The notes under the pieces: generated by a model
Databases searched by the model: none
What the model was told of the DNA's origin: nothing
The model's input: the letters and a program-made list of their open reading frames with translations, nothing else
Virus record (IMG/VR): IMGVR_UViG_3300028887_000001
Span: 92,088-156,087 of that record
Source of the DNA: a virus
Lineage: Duplodnaviria > Heunggongvirae > Uroviricota > Caudoviricetes
Strand: one strand, 5' to 3'
DNA: 64,000 nt
Position numbers and translations under genes: made by a program
Part shown: positions 16,914 through 25,377 of the stretch, piece by piece
Position numbering within the stretch: position 1 is the stretch's first letter
Layout: each line of letters starts with the position of its first letter

Positions 16914-18561
16914 AGTCAAAAGTAGTCACACTACCTTTTATACATTCACTCCTTGCAACTTCTTGCAAGTTTCTTCGAAACGATAACAATACTTCTTTTA
17001 CCTTCTCACGTTTAAGTTTTCTCGGTTCAAAAGCACCATTATCAAGTTGTTTTAAGAGCTGTTCTCGTAACACGGTTACGAGCGCTCTGTTCCTTATATT
17101 CTTTGCAGCATTAAAGTCTGCATTATCCTTATATCCACATTCAATACATTCAAATGTCTCTTGGTTTGGTCTGTTTTCATCCTCAATACAGCCACATATA
17201 GGACACATCTTCGAGGTATAACTTGCTTGAACAGTTGACACCGCAATATCATACTTCCTTGCTATATGCTCAAACTCTTGCTTCAAGCTACTCAAACCAA
17301 GAAACTTTACCTTTCTATTGTAGTTTATATCATCATTATCTTTATCCTTAACGTAGCATTTACCAAATCCATTGTCAAGGTCTTCCATTACAATATGGCC
17401 AACACCTTGTTCTCTCAACGCCTTGCACATATTAGCAATAAGTTGTTGTTCAGACTTAACCATCTTGGATTTGAGTGTATCAAGTTTCTGTTGCTTACGT
17501 TTACCTACTTTATACTCTTTATTTCGTTCTTTCTGTTTATCTATTTCAAGGGATAACTTACAGAAATCATTGACGAGTTTTCTGTCATAATCGTAAGTGG
17601 TTTCATCTGATAAGCTGAATAAGTTGTGTTTACAATTGACATCAATACCTACCGTATTACCATTGACTTGAGGAATATATCTTTCTCCATCCTTGCATAA
17701 GTGAATACTTACTTGATGTTCTTTCTCATTGAATGTAATTGTGTATTCGTAATCAGGATTATTCTTTCTGTAATCCTTCATATTTCCGTGCCAACCTTTA
17801 TTAAAGGTGACTGGTATATCAAATGATTTTCTACCTTTACTTCTGCTGATACCACTGAGGCTGACAAATGAATTAATCTTTGAGCCAAACTTGCTGTTAT
17901 AATCAATTATTCTTGTTTTCCTACATCTACCACTGAATGTTAATGACTTGAATTCAATAGGGTATTCTGAATAGTGTTTAACAATACGTTTTCTTTTTGA
18001 CAAAGCAAGCTTAAATAAACGTTCAAATCCGTATTTCTCACAGCACCTTAGTATATTGTTATAGAACTCACGTTTATTTTCATCACAACTACTTATATTG
18101 TTATTGATATAGTCTATAATACTTTCATTACCGTATCTTGCAAGATATGTAAGACAGTTAGACAACGGTGTTTGTCTTTTATCAAGAATTACTTTCTTTA
18201 AGCCACCTTTCTTATGTTTCTTGGTATCACGTTTATAGAACTCAAAACCATTAAATACCCTTACTTCAAATGCAAGCTTACGCTGTATAGCATCAAATTT
18301 GTTTTGATAGCAAGTAAATACTTGTGTATATAGTTGTGCGTCAAATGAGCTTGTTATTACATTCTTGAAACGTTCTCTCATTACCTTTATGAATTGGAAC
18401 TTATTGTAATCAAGGTAATGTAATAAGTAGCTATTAACGTGCTGTGATACAGCATTTTTATGATTTTGAATAAGCACAGCAAAGTCGTATAACTCATCAT
18501 ATTTCTGACGAGTTAAATCCTTTGAATGGAATATCTTTGTGTACTTACTCTGTATAATCAT
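16906..18561 (-). mobile_element. tnpB: TnpB-family RNA-guided endonuclease gene (IS605/IS607-type), no tnpA
   Basis: 551 aa; RuvC-I GIDVN, RuvC-II VMEDL, zinc finger CPICG...CIECG, RuvC-III NADFNAAKNI. Confidence 0.9.
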
Positions 18562-18563
18562 AT

Positions 18564-18725
18564 TTAATCCTCCAAATTATCAACATCTTGGCTTGTATGC
18601 CCTAATAATTCTCTGTACAAAACAATATCATCTTCATTGAAAGATTCCTTACCTTTAAATTGTTCATACATATTTTTAAGCCAAGAAATGTCTCCATTTT
18701 CTCTTATTTTAATATCAATGTCCAT
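18564..18725 (-). CDS. 53-aa hypothetical protein
   Basis: Translated by hand (MDIDIKIRENG...DNLED); stops 2 nt before the tnpB ATG. Confidence 0.55.
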   Translation of the reverse strand: MDIDIKIRENGDISWLKNMYEQFKGKESFNEDDIVLYRELLGHTSQDVDNLED

Positions 18726-18840
18726 ATATGATTTTCATTTCCTCATTATCCCTTTCAAGTTTGCTAATCTTAGAAAAACAGTAGCCAAAACAACCACCGA
18801 TGATGACACTTACACCTACTATAAAAATAATCCAAGTCAT
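18715..18840 (-). CDS. 41-aa membrane peptide
   Basis: Translated by hand: MTWIIFIVGVSVIIGGCFGYCF... Confidence 0.55.
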   Translation of the reverse strand: MTWIIFIVGVSVIIGGCFGYCFSKISKLERDNEEMKIIYGH

Positions 18841-18853
18841 ATTTTTTTTTTAA

Positions 18854-19018
18854 TTAATTTTCAGCCCAAGCCAGTATTTCTCCATCCTTAACTATCGCAT
18901 AGGGGACTGTACATTCCTCCTTGCAGAAACAGAAACTACCCTCTTTAATGTTGTTGTGTTTACAACTAATGCAATCCATCATCTTCGGCTTGCATAATTT
19001 GCCTGTCTTTGTACCCAT
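18854..19018 (-). CDS. 54-aa Cys-rich peptide
   Basis: Translated by hand: MGTKTGKLCKPKMMDCISCKH...CFCKEEC... Confidence 0.6.
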   Translation of the reverse strand: MGTKTGKLCKPKMMDCISCKHNNIKEGSFCFCKEECTVPYAIVKDGEILAWAEN

Positions 19019-19019
19019 A

Positions 19020-19244
19020 TTATATTACCTCCACTTCAAATATTGTATAGTTGTTGCAGAGATAGCTGATGCCATCGTGATAATTAACGGTAGTTTCATC
19101 CGCCGATAGAATCTCGAAACAATCGTCATTAACGAGTCTATCGATTACTTCCTTTCTCCTCTCCTTCAGTGCGCCCTCATTATCAGAAACACATAATGGC
19201 CACCCATTACAGGCTAACACATACATTGTCTTTTTCATATTCAC
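19020..19244 (-). CDS. hypothetical protein
   Basis: 74-aa ORF just downstream of a promoter. Confidence 0.7.
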   Translation of the reverse strand: MNMKKTMYVLACNGWPLCVSDNEGALKERRKEVIDRLVNDDCFEILSADETTVNYHDGISYLCNNYTIFEVEVI

Positions 19245-19266
19245 TTCTATTTTAAGTTTGACGATG

Positions 19267-19298
19267 CAAATTTACAATATTTTTATAATCTCTCCAAA
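19267..19298 (-). promoter_or_regulatory. Bacteroidota-type housekeeping promoter
   Basis: TAAATTTG (19267-19274) with TTTG (19295-19298) and a 20-nt spacer. Confidence 0.75.
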
Positions 19299-19329
19299 TA
19301 TTCTATGTTAAAAAATGTTAAAAACACAA

Positions 19330-20940
19330 TTATTCTTCCAAAGACGGTATAAACGCCTCAGTTTCTATTCCATGTTCTTCCATTCCAACTCTAATGTCAT
19401 CGAATATATAACCACCAGTTGTTGGTGTCATATCTGGAATCCTTATGAAATAGAATTTCATATCCTTTGGTGATAATGTCACAACATCTGTTATGCTATT
19501 TGGAAGGGAACCATCTTCTTCAAACGCATCAATGTCTTCCTTGGTCAAATTATCCAATGCTTCCAAATATTTCTTGTTTTCTGCCTGGAATAATTCATCA
19601 GCCTCTCTCTTAATGGTTTCGTGGTACTCTTCAACCAAATCTTCCCATGGGATGTTACACTCATCAACAAATGGTGGCCTTTCACCAATCTTCTCCCAGA
19701 ATTCAATTTCCTTTCTTTCAGGTGTCATCAACGCCTCATACGTGTCTTGGTCTTCCGGCTTCATTGGGTAGCCACTAACCAACACAGATTCTTCTTTTGT
19801 CCAGAATTTCCTGTCCTTTGGGTTCTTGATTAATATCTCATCCCTTATTGATGGGTGGAAACATACCAACAACGGAGTTATTCTCTTATTGAACTGCTCA
19901 ATGTATTTCTCAACATTGTATTCCAAATCTGGAATGTCTGAACACAACAAGTCTTTCTCATTCTCAATGACATCAAATGGAACAAGTTTACAATTCAGTA
20001 TTACCTCATCCTCTTCCCTTACAATATAAGACTTTAATATCTCCTTTCTGTCTTTCGTTTTTAATGTCTTATACTCAATTCCACGCTTCTCACACTCTTT
20101 CTTTAATATGTTACTCTTAACCTTACCAACCAACTCAATCTCTTCATTTGGGTTGTCCGGATTCTTAACATATTGATGTGTTATTCTCTTTGCGTCAGTC
20201 TCACTCTTCTTTGAACCAGTATTGACATAATATATTGTATCACCTGGATTGACATTTAATCCCTCCCTTATCGCCAATTCATACCAAGCCTGTCTTGATT
20301 TCTTTGAACCACTCTTGGTTAATGTATTACAATCTTTCTTGTATTCATCAAGAGATTTCTTTATATTGCCCTTAGAAGCAATATCTCTAACAGATATGCG
20401 ATAATTGTAAATGTCATCGATATAGTTGTAATAAGATTCCAAGAATTCTTCTCCCTTACCATCAATCAACAGTTCAAGAGCATTTTCAAGATATTTCTGT
20501 AAATAACCAGACATCTTTCTTGATTTGATTGTATTACCAACCTTTTTAATTGAACCGTCTCGCTGCATACGACAACAATAGTTCTTTCTGGAGAAGTTAA
20601 TGCTGCTTTCTACATATTCATCAATCTCATTTGCAGACATGTTATTCTTTGAGCCGTTATAACACTTGTTCAAGAATAAATCATTAAACTCAGCAAAATC
20701 TGCTTCTGCATTAATATATGCCTTACCCTCTTTAACATACCTGTTCAAACCCTTTCCAATATAAGGGTTGTCCTCTGTGTATCTGAATTTCTCAGGTAAT
20801 TTGAAATCGAAGCCTATTCAGCCATCGGTGTTGCTAATTACGTTCATACCAAGGGCGTTAACTACCGTTCCGTCCAGTGATATGTCGTACACAACACCGA
20901 TGTTTTGGCTATCCTCCATTTTTTTAATGTTAATACTCAT
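19330..20940 (-). CDS. polB: Family-B DNA polymerase C-terminal half, fused to C-intein, with in-frame TGA at codon 41
   Basis: ATG at 20940 gives MSINIKK...VYDISLDGTVVNALGMNVISN|TDG*IGFDFKLPEKFRY..., in frame with the tracked 19330-20748 ORF (...KSRKMSGYLQKY... thumb region). Confidence 0.85.
20830..20940 (-). mobile_element. Split intein, C-terminal fragment (37 aa)
   Basis: Block F-like VYDISLDG and terminal ISN, followed by Thr+1 of TDG. Confidence 0.85.
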
Positions 20941-20965
20941 GTTTCTACATTTTAAAATTTCACTG

Positions 20966-20997
20966 CAAAAATACTATTATTATTTAATATATCCAAA
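20966..20997 (-). promoter_or_regulatory. Bacteroidota-type promoter for the polB C-half
   Basis: TATTTTTG (20966-20973) with TTTG (20994-20997) and a 20-nt spacer, 25 nt upstream of ATG 20940. Confidence 0.75.
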
Positions 20998-21019
20998 ATT
21001 TTTATGATATTTTTTTTTG

Positions 21020-22702
21020 TTAAGTTATGTTTTTTTTCCAAACATATTTATATAGACCACAATCCCATATTTTATATGCGCCTATCTTTTCAGCCATTTC
21101 AGATTCTGTTAGTTCTAATGGCAAATTAAATTTTTTATGCAAAATTTCTTTTCTGAAATTGAATTTATGTACCCTTTTATAATCGCCATCAATAACATAT
21201 CTGTAGTCTGGCTTTAGTGTACATTCTAATGTAAATCCTAATTTTGTATACAAATTTTCTTTTTTATTTGTTGTCCATCTTTTATCAGCGAATGATTTAA
21301 CAATCTCTGGGCTATAGTTCTTAATAAAGTATGAAAACAATTTTCCTCCAACGCCTTGACATATATAGTTAATATTTGAAGCGAACCTATTCAATTCCCA
21401 TTCATTATCCTTGCTCTTAACAAATGTCATAACACCAACGAGTTCGTTATTATATGTTGCACCAAGGTAAATTGTTGCTTTTTGTGAACCTTGAATATGG
21501 TTTGTATTTAGAAAATCTTTTGATTCCTTATAAGTAATTTCAGAAACACGACACTTTCTTCCATTTATTTTTGGTAAATTATTACATTTTATTAAATGTT
21601 GTATTTTACTTAATACAATATCTTTTTTATCATTATATTCATCCTCAAAAATATGAATTAGTGAAATGCCATTTTTATTACACTCTTCTGTTTTGTTCAG
21701 GTGATAATATTTATCCTTTCCGAATTGTTCTGAATGCCACCTGCAACCATCATATTCTATGCCAAGTTTTAATGATGGAATAAATATGTCTATCTCTGCA
21801 TGGTGTTCCAATATTGACCTTTCTTTTTTAATAACATTTTCCTCACCTATTTTTTCGACAATAAATTCATATATTTCATTTTCTTTCTTGGAAAGTTGAC
21901 TGGCACATCTTACGCAATTACTTCCTTGTAGATGTGAATCTGGCGTTTGCCAGAACTCTCCATGAACTGGGCAGATTATACAAACCTCCGTGTCATATCC
22001 TTTATATTCAACCTTTGAATAATCATACTTATCACCGTGGATTTCTTTTGCTCTTTTGATGAATTCTTCAGTTGTAAATGCCTGAGATTTAGATGACTTT
22101 TCGTTGGCACATTTTTTACAGCCCCGTCCACTTAAATGTTTATTTGGGGTTTGCCAGAACTCTCCATGAACTGGGCAGATTATACAAACTTTAGTATCAC
22201 AATTTGTATATTCTACTTTAGAATAATCATACTTATCACCATGAATTTCTCTTGCGTTTTTTATAAATTCTTCTAATGTTTTACGTTGTTTCTTATGCGA
22301 ATGTTCAATACCACATTGTTTACAACCATTACCACGAAGATGGGCATTTGGAATTACATCAAATTCACCATGTTTGGGACAAATTACAGTTACTTTAACA
22401 TCACTTTTAACGTAGTTAACTTTGGAATAATCATATTTATCTCCATGAACTTTTTTCGCCTTTTCAATAAAAGACTCCCTTGCGATTTTGTTCTGTAACT
22501 CACACCATTTTAGCTTGTTTTCCTTACCACATTCTTTACACCCACACTTATCCAATAAATGACTTGGTGTACCATAACCTATTAAATTGTGTTTTTTACA
22601 TAAAAATTTAACCTTACCATTTTCATAGCCTAAATAAACATACAATCCGCCTCTTTTTTCATTGATTTTTTCAATAAACAATTTTTCGTTAAATCTGCCC
22701 AT
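21020..22702 (-). CDS. Free-standing homing endonuclease (zinc-binding DNA-binding repeats, Vsr-like nuclease, Hef-like C-terminus)
   Basis: Three tandem HGDKYDYSKV...CPxHGEF...HLxGxxCxxC repeats, an EIDIFIP...IEYDGCRWH nuclease motif and a NHIQG...IWDCG tail. Confidence 0.85.
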   Translation of the reverse strand: MGRFNEKLFIEKINEKRGGLYVYLGYENGKVKFLCKKHNLIGYGTPSHLLDKCGCKECGKENKLKWCELQNKIARESFIEKAKKVHGDKYDYSKVNYVKSDVKVTVICPKHGEFDVIPNAHLRGNGCKQCGIEHSHKKQRKTLEEFIKNAREIHGDKYDYSKVEYTNCDTKVCIICPVHGEFWQTPNKHLSGRGCKKCANEKSSKSQAFTTEEFIKRAKEIHGDKYDYSKVEYKGYDTEVCIICPVHGEFWQTPDSHLQGSNCVRCASQLSKKENEIYEFIVEKIGEENVIKKERSILEHHAEIDIFIPSLKLGIEYDGCRWHSEQFGKDKYYHLNKTEECNKNGISLIHIFEDEYNDKKDIVLSKIQHLIKCNNLPKINGRKCRVSEITYKESKDFLNTNHIQGSQKATIYLGATYNNELVGVMTFVKSKDNEWELNRFASNINYICQGVGGKLFSYFIKNYSPEIVKSFADKRWTTNKKENLYTKLGFTLECTLKPDYRYVIDGDYKRVHKFNFRKEILHKKFNLPLELTESEMAEKIGAYKIWDCGLYKYVWKKNIT

Positions 22703-22720
22703 ACTAATATCGCCTTTAGG

Positions 22721-22729
22721 ATAAATATC
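22721..22729 (-). promoter_or_regulatory. Phage late-type TATTTAT motif upstream of the homing endonuclease
   Basis: GATATTTAT 18 nt before the ATG; same motif as before virion genes. Confidence 0.6.
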
Positions 22730-22750
22730 ACGACAACCACGGAAATTCAG

Positions 22751-25222
22751 TTAACAACAAATTCTTTTTAAAAATTGTAGTCCAGCACGGCATGTTTTTG
22801 ATGTATTAGAATAATCCCAATCGCCAATATAGGATAGAAATTGTTTTTGTGTTGATTTGTTTGAGTTTAGTATTTCACACGGAATCCTATCAATTATTCC
22901 TCTCATAAGCCATTTTGCCATACATTTCACTGTAAATCCTTTTGGGTGTAATGTAAAATTATCTCCTAGTTCACCTTTATAATATTCTAATTTTGTATTC
23001 TCATTAATTTCAGAAGGTTTGATTTTTTCTTGCTTATCATTAAACAAAGAATGGTCTTCAGTAACATCAACGATGGTTTTTCCATCATTAATTCTGTATA
23101 TTTCTTTATTTGTTTTGTGCCTATATATGTAATTTGGTTTTACCCAACCACTTCTGCATAAAACCTTATATGACTTTTCTGATGTGTCATACTCCCTACC
23201 AAGTACATCTGTTTCTGTTGTACCAATCAATTCCTCAATTGGCTTTATATCAATCAAATTACTATTATCATATTTTATAAACAAAGGCGTGTCACCACTA
23301 AAAGAATCACCAACTATTGGTTCATACCCTAAGCCTTTGAGGTAATATATCATTATCCTCAATAGCATACGTCCTATGCATGTTGTTTTTTCCGCAGCAT
23401 TTAAATCGCCCCATGGATTAAGCCCTGGGCACCCAAGACTTCCGAACCAACTATTTGCCAACTTCTTCAAAACTAATTGTTGGTTATCATGATTTATTTT
23501 GTCTGCAAGAACAATATCTCTTTCTGCTGATAGTTTCTTATAAACAGAACTTGGCTCGTCTAACGTCTTCAACTGATTGTACATCTTCTCAGCCTCCTTT
23601 TCGGAACTCTTTTTAAGGCCCTTGTGGTATTCTCTCTGGACCAAAACATACATCAACATTGGCAGTGTGATGTGCATAAAATCAGTTGCCGGCTCTATAT
23701 TCCAAGTAATCTGAGTTGTTGGGTATAGTGCTGCATAGTCACCCTTACAAAGTGACGTTACAAATCCAGTTCTAAGTAACCTTGATAAACCGCCAGTATA
23801 CTTCTTATTCTTTCCAAGACTAGGGACTGCCAAATTATGCTCATAAGCCCAAGTCAGAAGAATCAATTTCCATTGGGTTGCAGTACCCATTGTTGCTACA
23901 CGAGGGAATGTCGTTGGCATAATTTTTGTTAAGTGGAAATCTGTCTCGTGCAATGATAATTCAACCTTATCGCACTCCCAAAGGTCATCAAGCAAATACC
24001 TTTCAACAATATACTTACCACTTACCATTTCATATCCATCTTGCAATGGCTTTTCTTCGCTTACCTTATACCAATCACCATTTGTGTCATTGAATGCATA
24101 AACAGGTTCTGTAACGCGCCACGTTGTCTCAATGATATTGCCTGGTACGTAGACACGGTTCTGTTTATTAAGTTTAAGGTATTGTGTGGCATATTTTAGA
24201 TTAGCCTTTTCGAAAGACGAATCCGTTGCCATTGCTCTTCTCACAGCATGAAGACTATCAACCACATTATGGTATTTAATAACCGTTTGGAAGAATGTCT
24301 CAACCTCGCCACCAAGCTTAAGTGTTGTTGGTTTTGACTTCTTATATATTCCCTCTCTTAGATACCTTTCAGATAATTGTTTAAAGTCAATATTTCTCAT
24401 TTGGCATCTAACAATGATGAAATCCCAGTCAAAGTTTTCAGAGTTGTGGCCGAAAATAACATCCGGTTTTTCTTCTGAAATTATTGACATAAATTGCCTT
24501 ATTGCCTTTAGTTCATTCTCTTCCTTTTCTTCCTTGGTATCACCTGTAATTGTTAATATCTTTTCAAACCCCTTATTGGTTCTGATACCGATTTGTGATA
24601 TATGATGTATCTTTGGGTTAAGTCCTTCTGTTTCAAGGTCAAATGACATTCTTTTAAGGTCGTCATAATTGTCATATCCCTTAAAATATCTTTTTCCAGT
24701 CTCAATCATAAACTGTTCAACTGGCTGTAGTGTCATAAACTCTTGAGAAGACGGTTCATTATCTTCTACTTTCTTTTGTCCCCTTAATGGTGTTCCGGCT
24801 TTTTTAAAGAAGTCCTGGAATTTGCCCATTGACATTTTTGACTTTGCGTAGAATAGATATTTGTAACCGTTATCTAGTTTTTCATGTGGATATGGGTTGT
24901 CCTCTCTACAGGTATATAATGGTTTAATGCCTATATTAGCTTTTCTCATTTCAGATTTTAACTGACTTCTGTTCCCATCGAACATTCTAACACAAGCACT
25001 ATTCTTTGCCCAAGCAAATGGTTTAAATGGTTCTTTTCTGATTTTTTTAACACCGTCATCATCAACAAACACGATTTCGGCATCTGCATTATCATATCCC
25101 AATTCAATTGATATGATGTGCTTTAGTGGGTCTGAACCCTCAAAAAACTTTGTAATGTCTTCTGCTGTGATTTCAGCATGCATTGGCATTATATGCCCAG
25201 GAAATGTTTCTTTGTAAGCCAT
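22751..25222 (-). CDS. polB: Family-B DNA polymerase N-terminal half, fused to N-intein
   Basis: Exonuclease motifs FDLETEG and GHNSENFDW; motif A DYAALYP; motif B KKLANSWFG; motif C broken at IVGD|SFSGDTP. Confidence 0.92.
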   Translation of the reverse strand: MAYKETFPGHIMPMHAEITAEDITKFFEGSDPLKHIISIELGYDNADAEIVFVDDDGVKKIRKEPFKPFAWAKNSACVRMFDGNRSQLKSEMRKANIGIKPLYTCREDNPYPHEKLDNGYKYLFYAKSKMSMGKFQDFFKKAGTPLRGQKKVEDNEPSSQEFMTLQPVEQFMIETGKRYFKGYDNYDDLKRMSFDLETEGLNPKIHHISQIGIRTNKGFEKILTITGDTKEEKEENELKAIRQFMSIISEEKPDVIFGHNSENFDWDFIIVRCQMRNIDFKQLSERYLREGIYKKSKPTTLKLGGEVETFFQTVIKYHNVVDSLHAVRRAMATDSSFEKANLKYATQYLKLNKQNRVYVPGNIIETTWRVTEPVYAFNDTNGDWYKVSEEKPLQDGYEMVSGKYIVERYLLDDLWECDKVELSLHETDFHLTKIMPTTFPRVATMGTATQWKLILLTWAYEHNLAVPSLGKNKKYTGGLSRLLRTGFVTSLCKGDYAALYPTTQITWNIEPATDFMHITLPMLMYVLVQREYHKGLKKSSEKEAEKMYNQLKTLDEPSSVYKKLSAERDIVLADKINHDNQQLVLKKLANSWFGSLGCPGLNPWGDLNAAEKTTCIGRMLLRIMIYYLKGLGYEPIVGDSFSGDTPLFIKYDNSNLIDIKPIEELIGTTETDVLGREYDTSEKSYKVLCRSGWVKPNYIYRHKTNKEIYRINDGKTIVDVTEDHSLFNDKQEKIKPSEINENTKLEYYKGELGDNFTLHPKGFTVKCMAKWLMRGIIDRIPCEILNSNKSTQKQFLSYIGDWDYSNTSKTCRAGLQFLKRICC
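22754..23305 (-). mobile_element. Split intein, N-terminal fragment (184 aa)
   Basis: Block A SFSGDTPL and block B VTEDHSLF, with no C-terminal Asn before the stop. Confidence 0.85.
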
Positions 25223-25287
25223 TCTAAACTACTTTAAATATTGTTTCAAACTATAGCCAAACTTGGTTGGCATTGTTATTTTCGGTG

Positions 25288-25295
25288 CAAAAGTA
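25288..25295 (-). promoter_or_regulatory. Bacteroidota-type -7 box for the polB N-half
   Basis: TACTTTTG followed by CA on the minus strand. Confidence 0.7.
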
Positions 25296-25346
25296 CTAAA
25301 ATAAATTCAAATAGAAAACAAATGTACAAAAAAAGTAGTGGATATT

Positions 25347-25355
25347 GATATTTAT
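25347..25355 (+). promoter_or_regulatory. Phage late-type TATTTAT motif
   Basis: GATATTTAT 22 nt upstream of ATG 25378; also at 29388, 59292, 62592 (+) and 32532, 40982, 51180, 57853, 59275 (-). Confidence 0.6.
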
Positions 25356-25377
25356 TATATATTATTGACTTTAGAAG

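Noticed and set aside
16000-19300. Cas12f-type CRISPR system or nuclease-dead TldR
   Set aside because: No repeat-spacer array is visible near the TnpB gene, and all three RuvC acidic residues are present.
20818-20820. Genome-wide TGA reassignment explaining the polB stop
   Set aside because: TGA ends other genes with normal overlap to the next start (e.g. 5849, 7032), and no other long gene here is interrupted by TGA.
20941-22750. Group I intron carrying the endonuclease and rejoining the intein
   Set aside because: Only ~48 nt and ~79 nt flank the ORF, too little for an intron core, and the downstream gap holds a promoter for the C-half.
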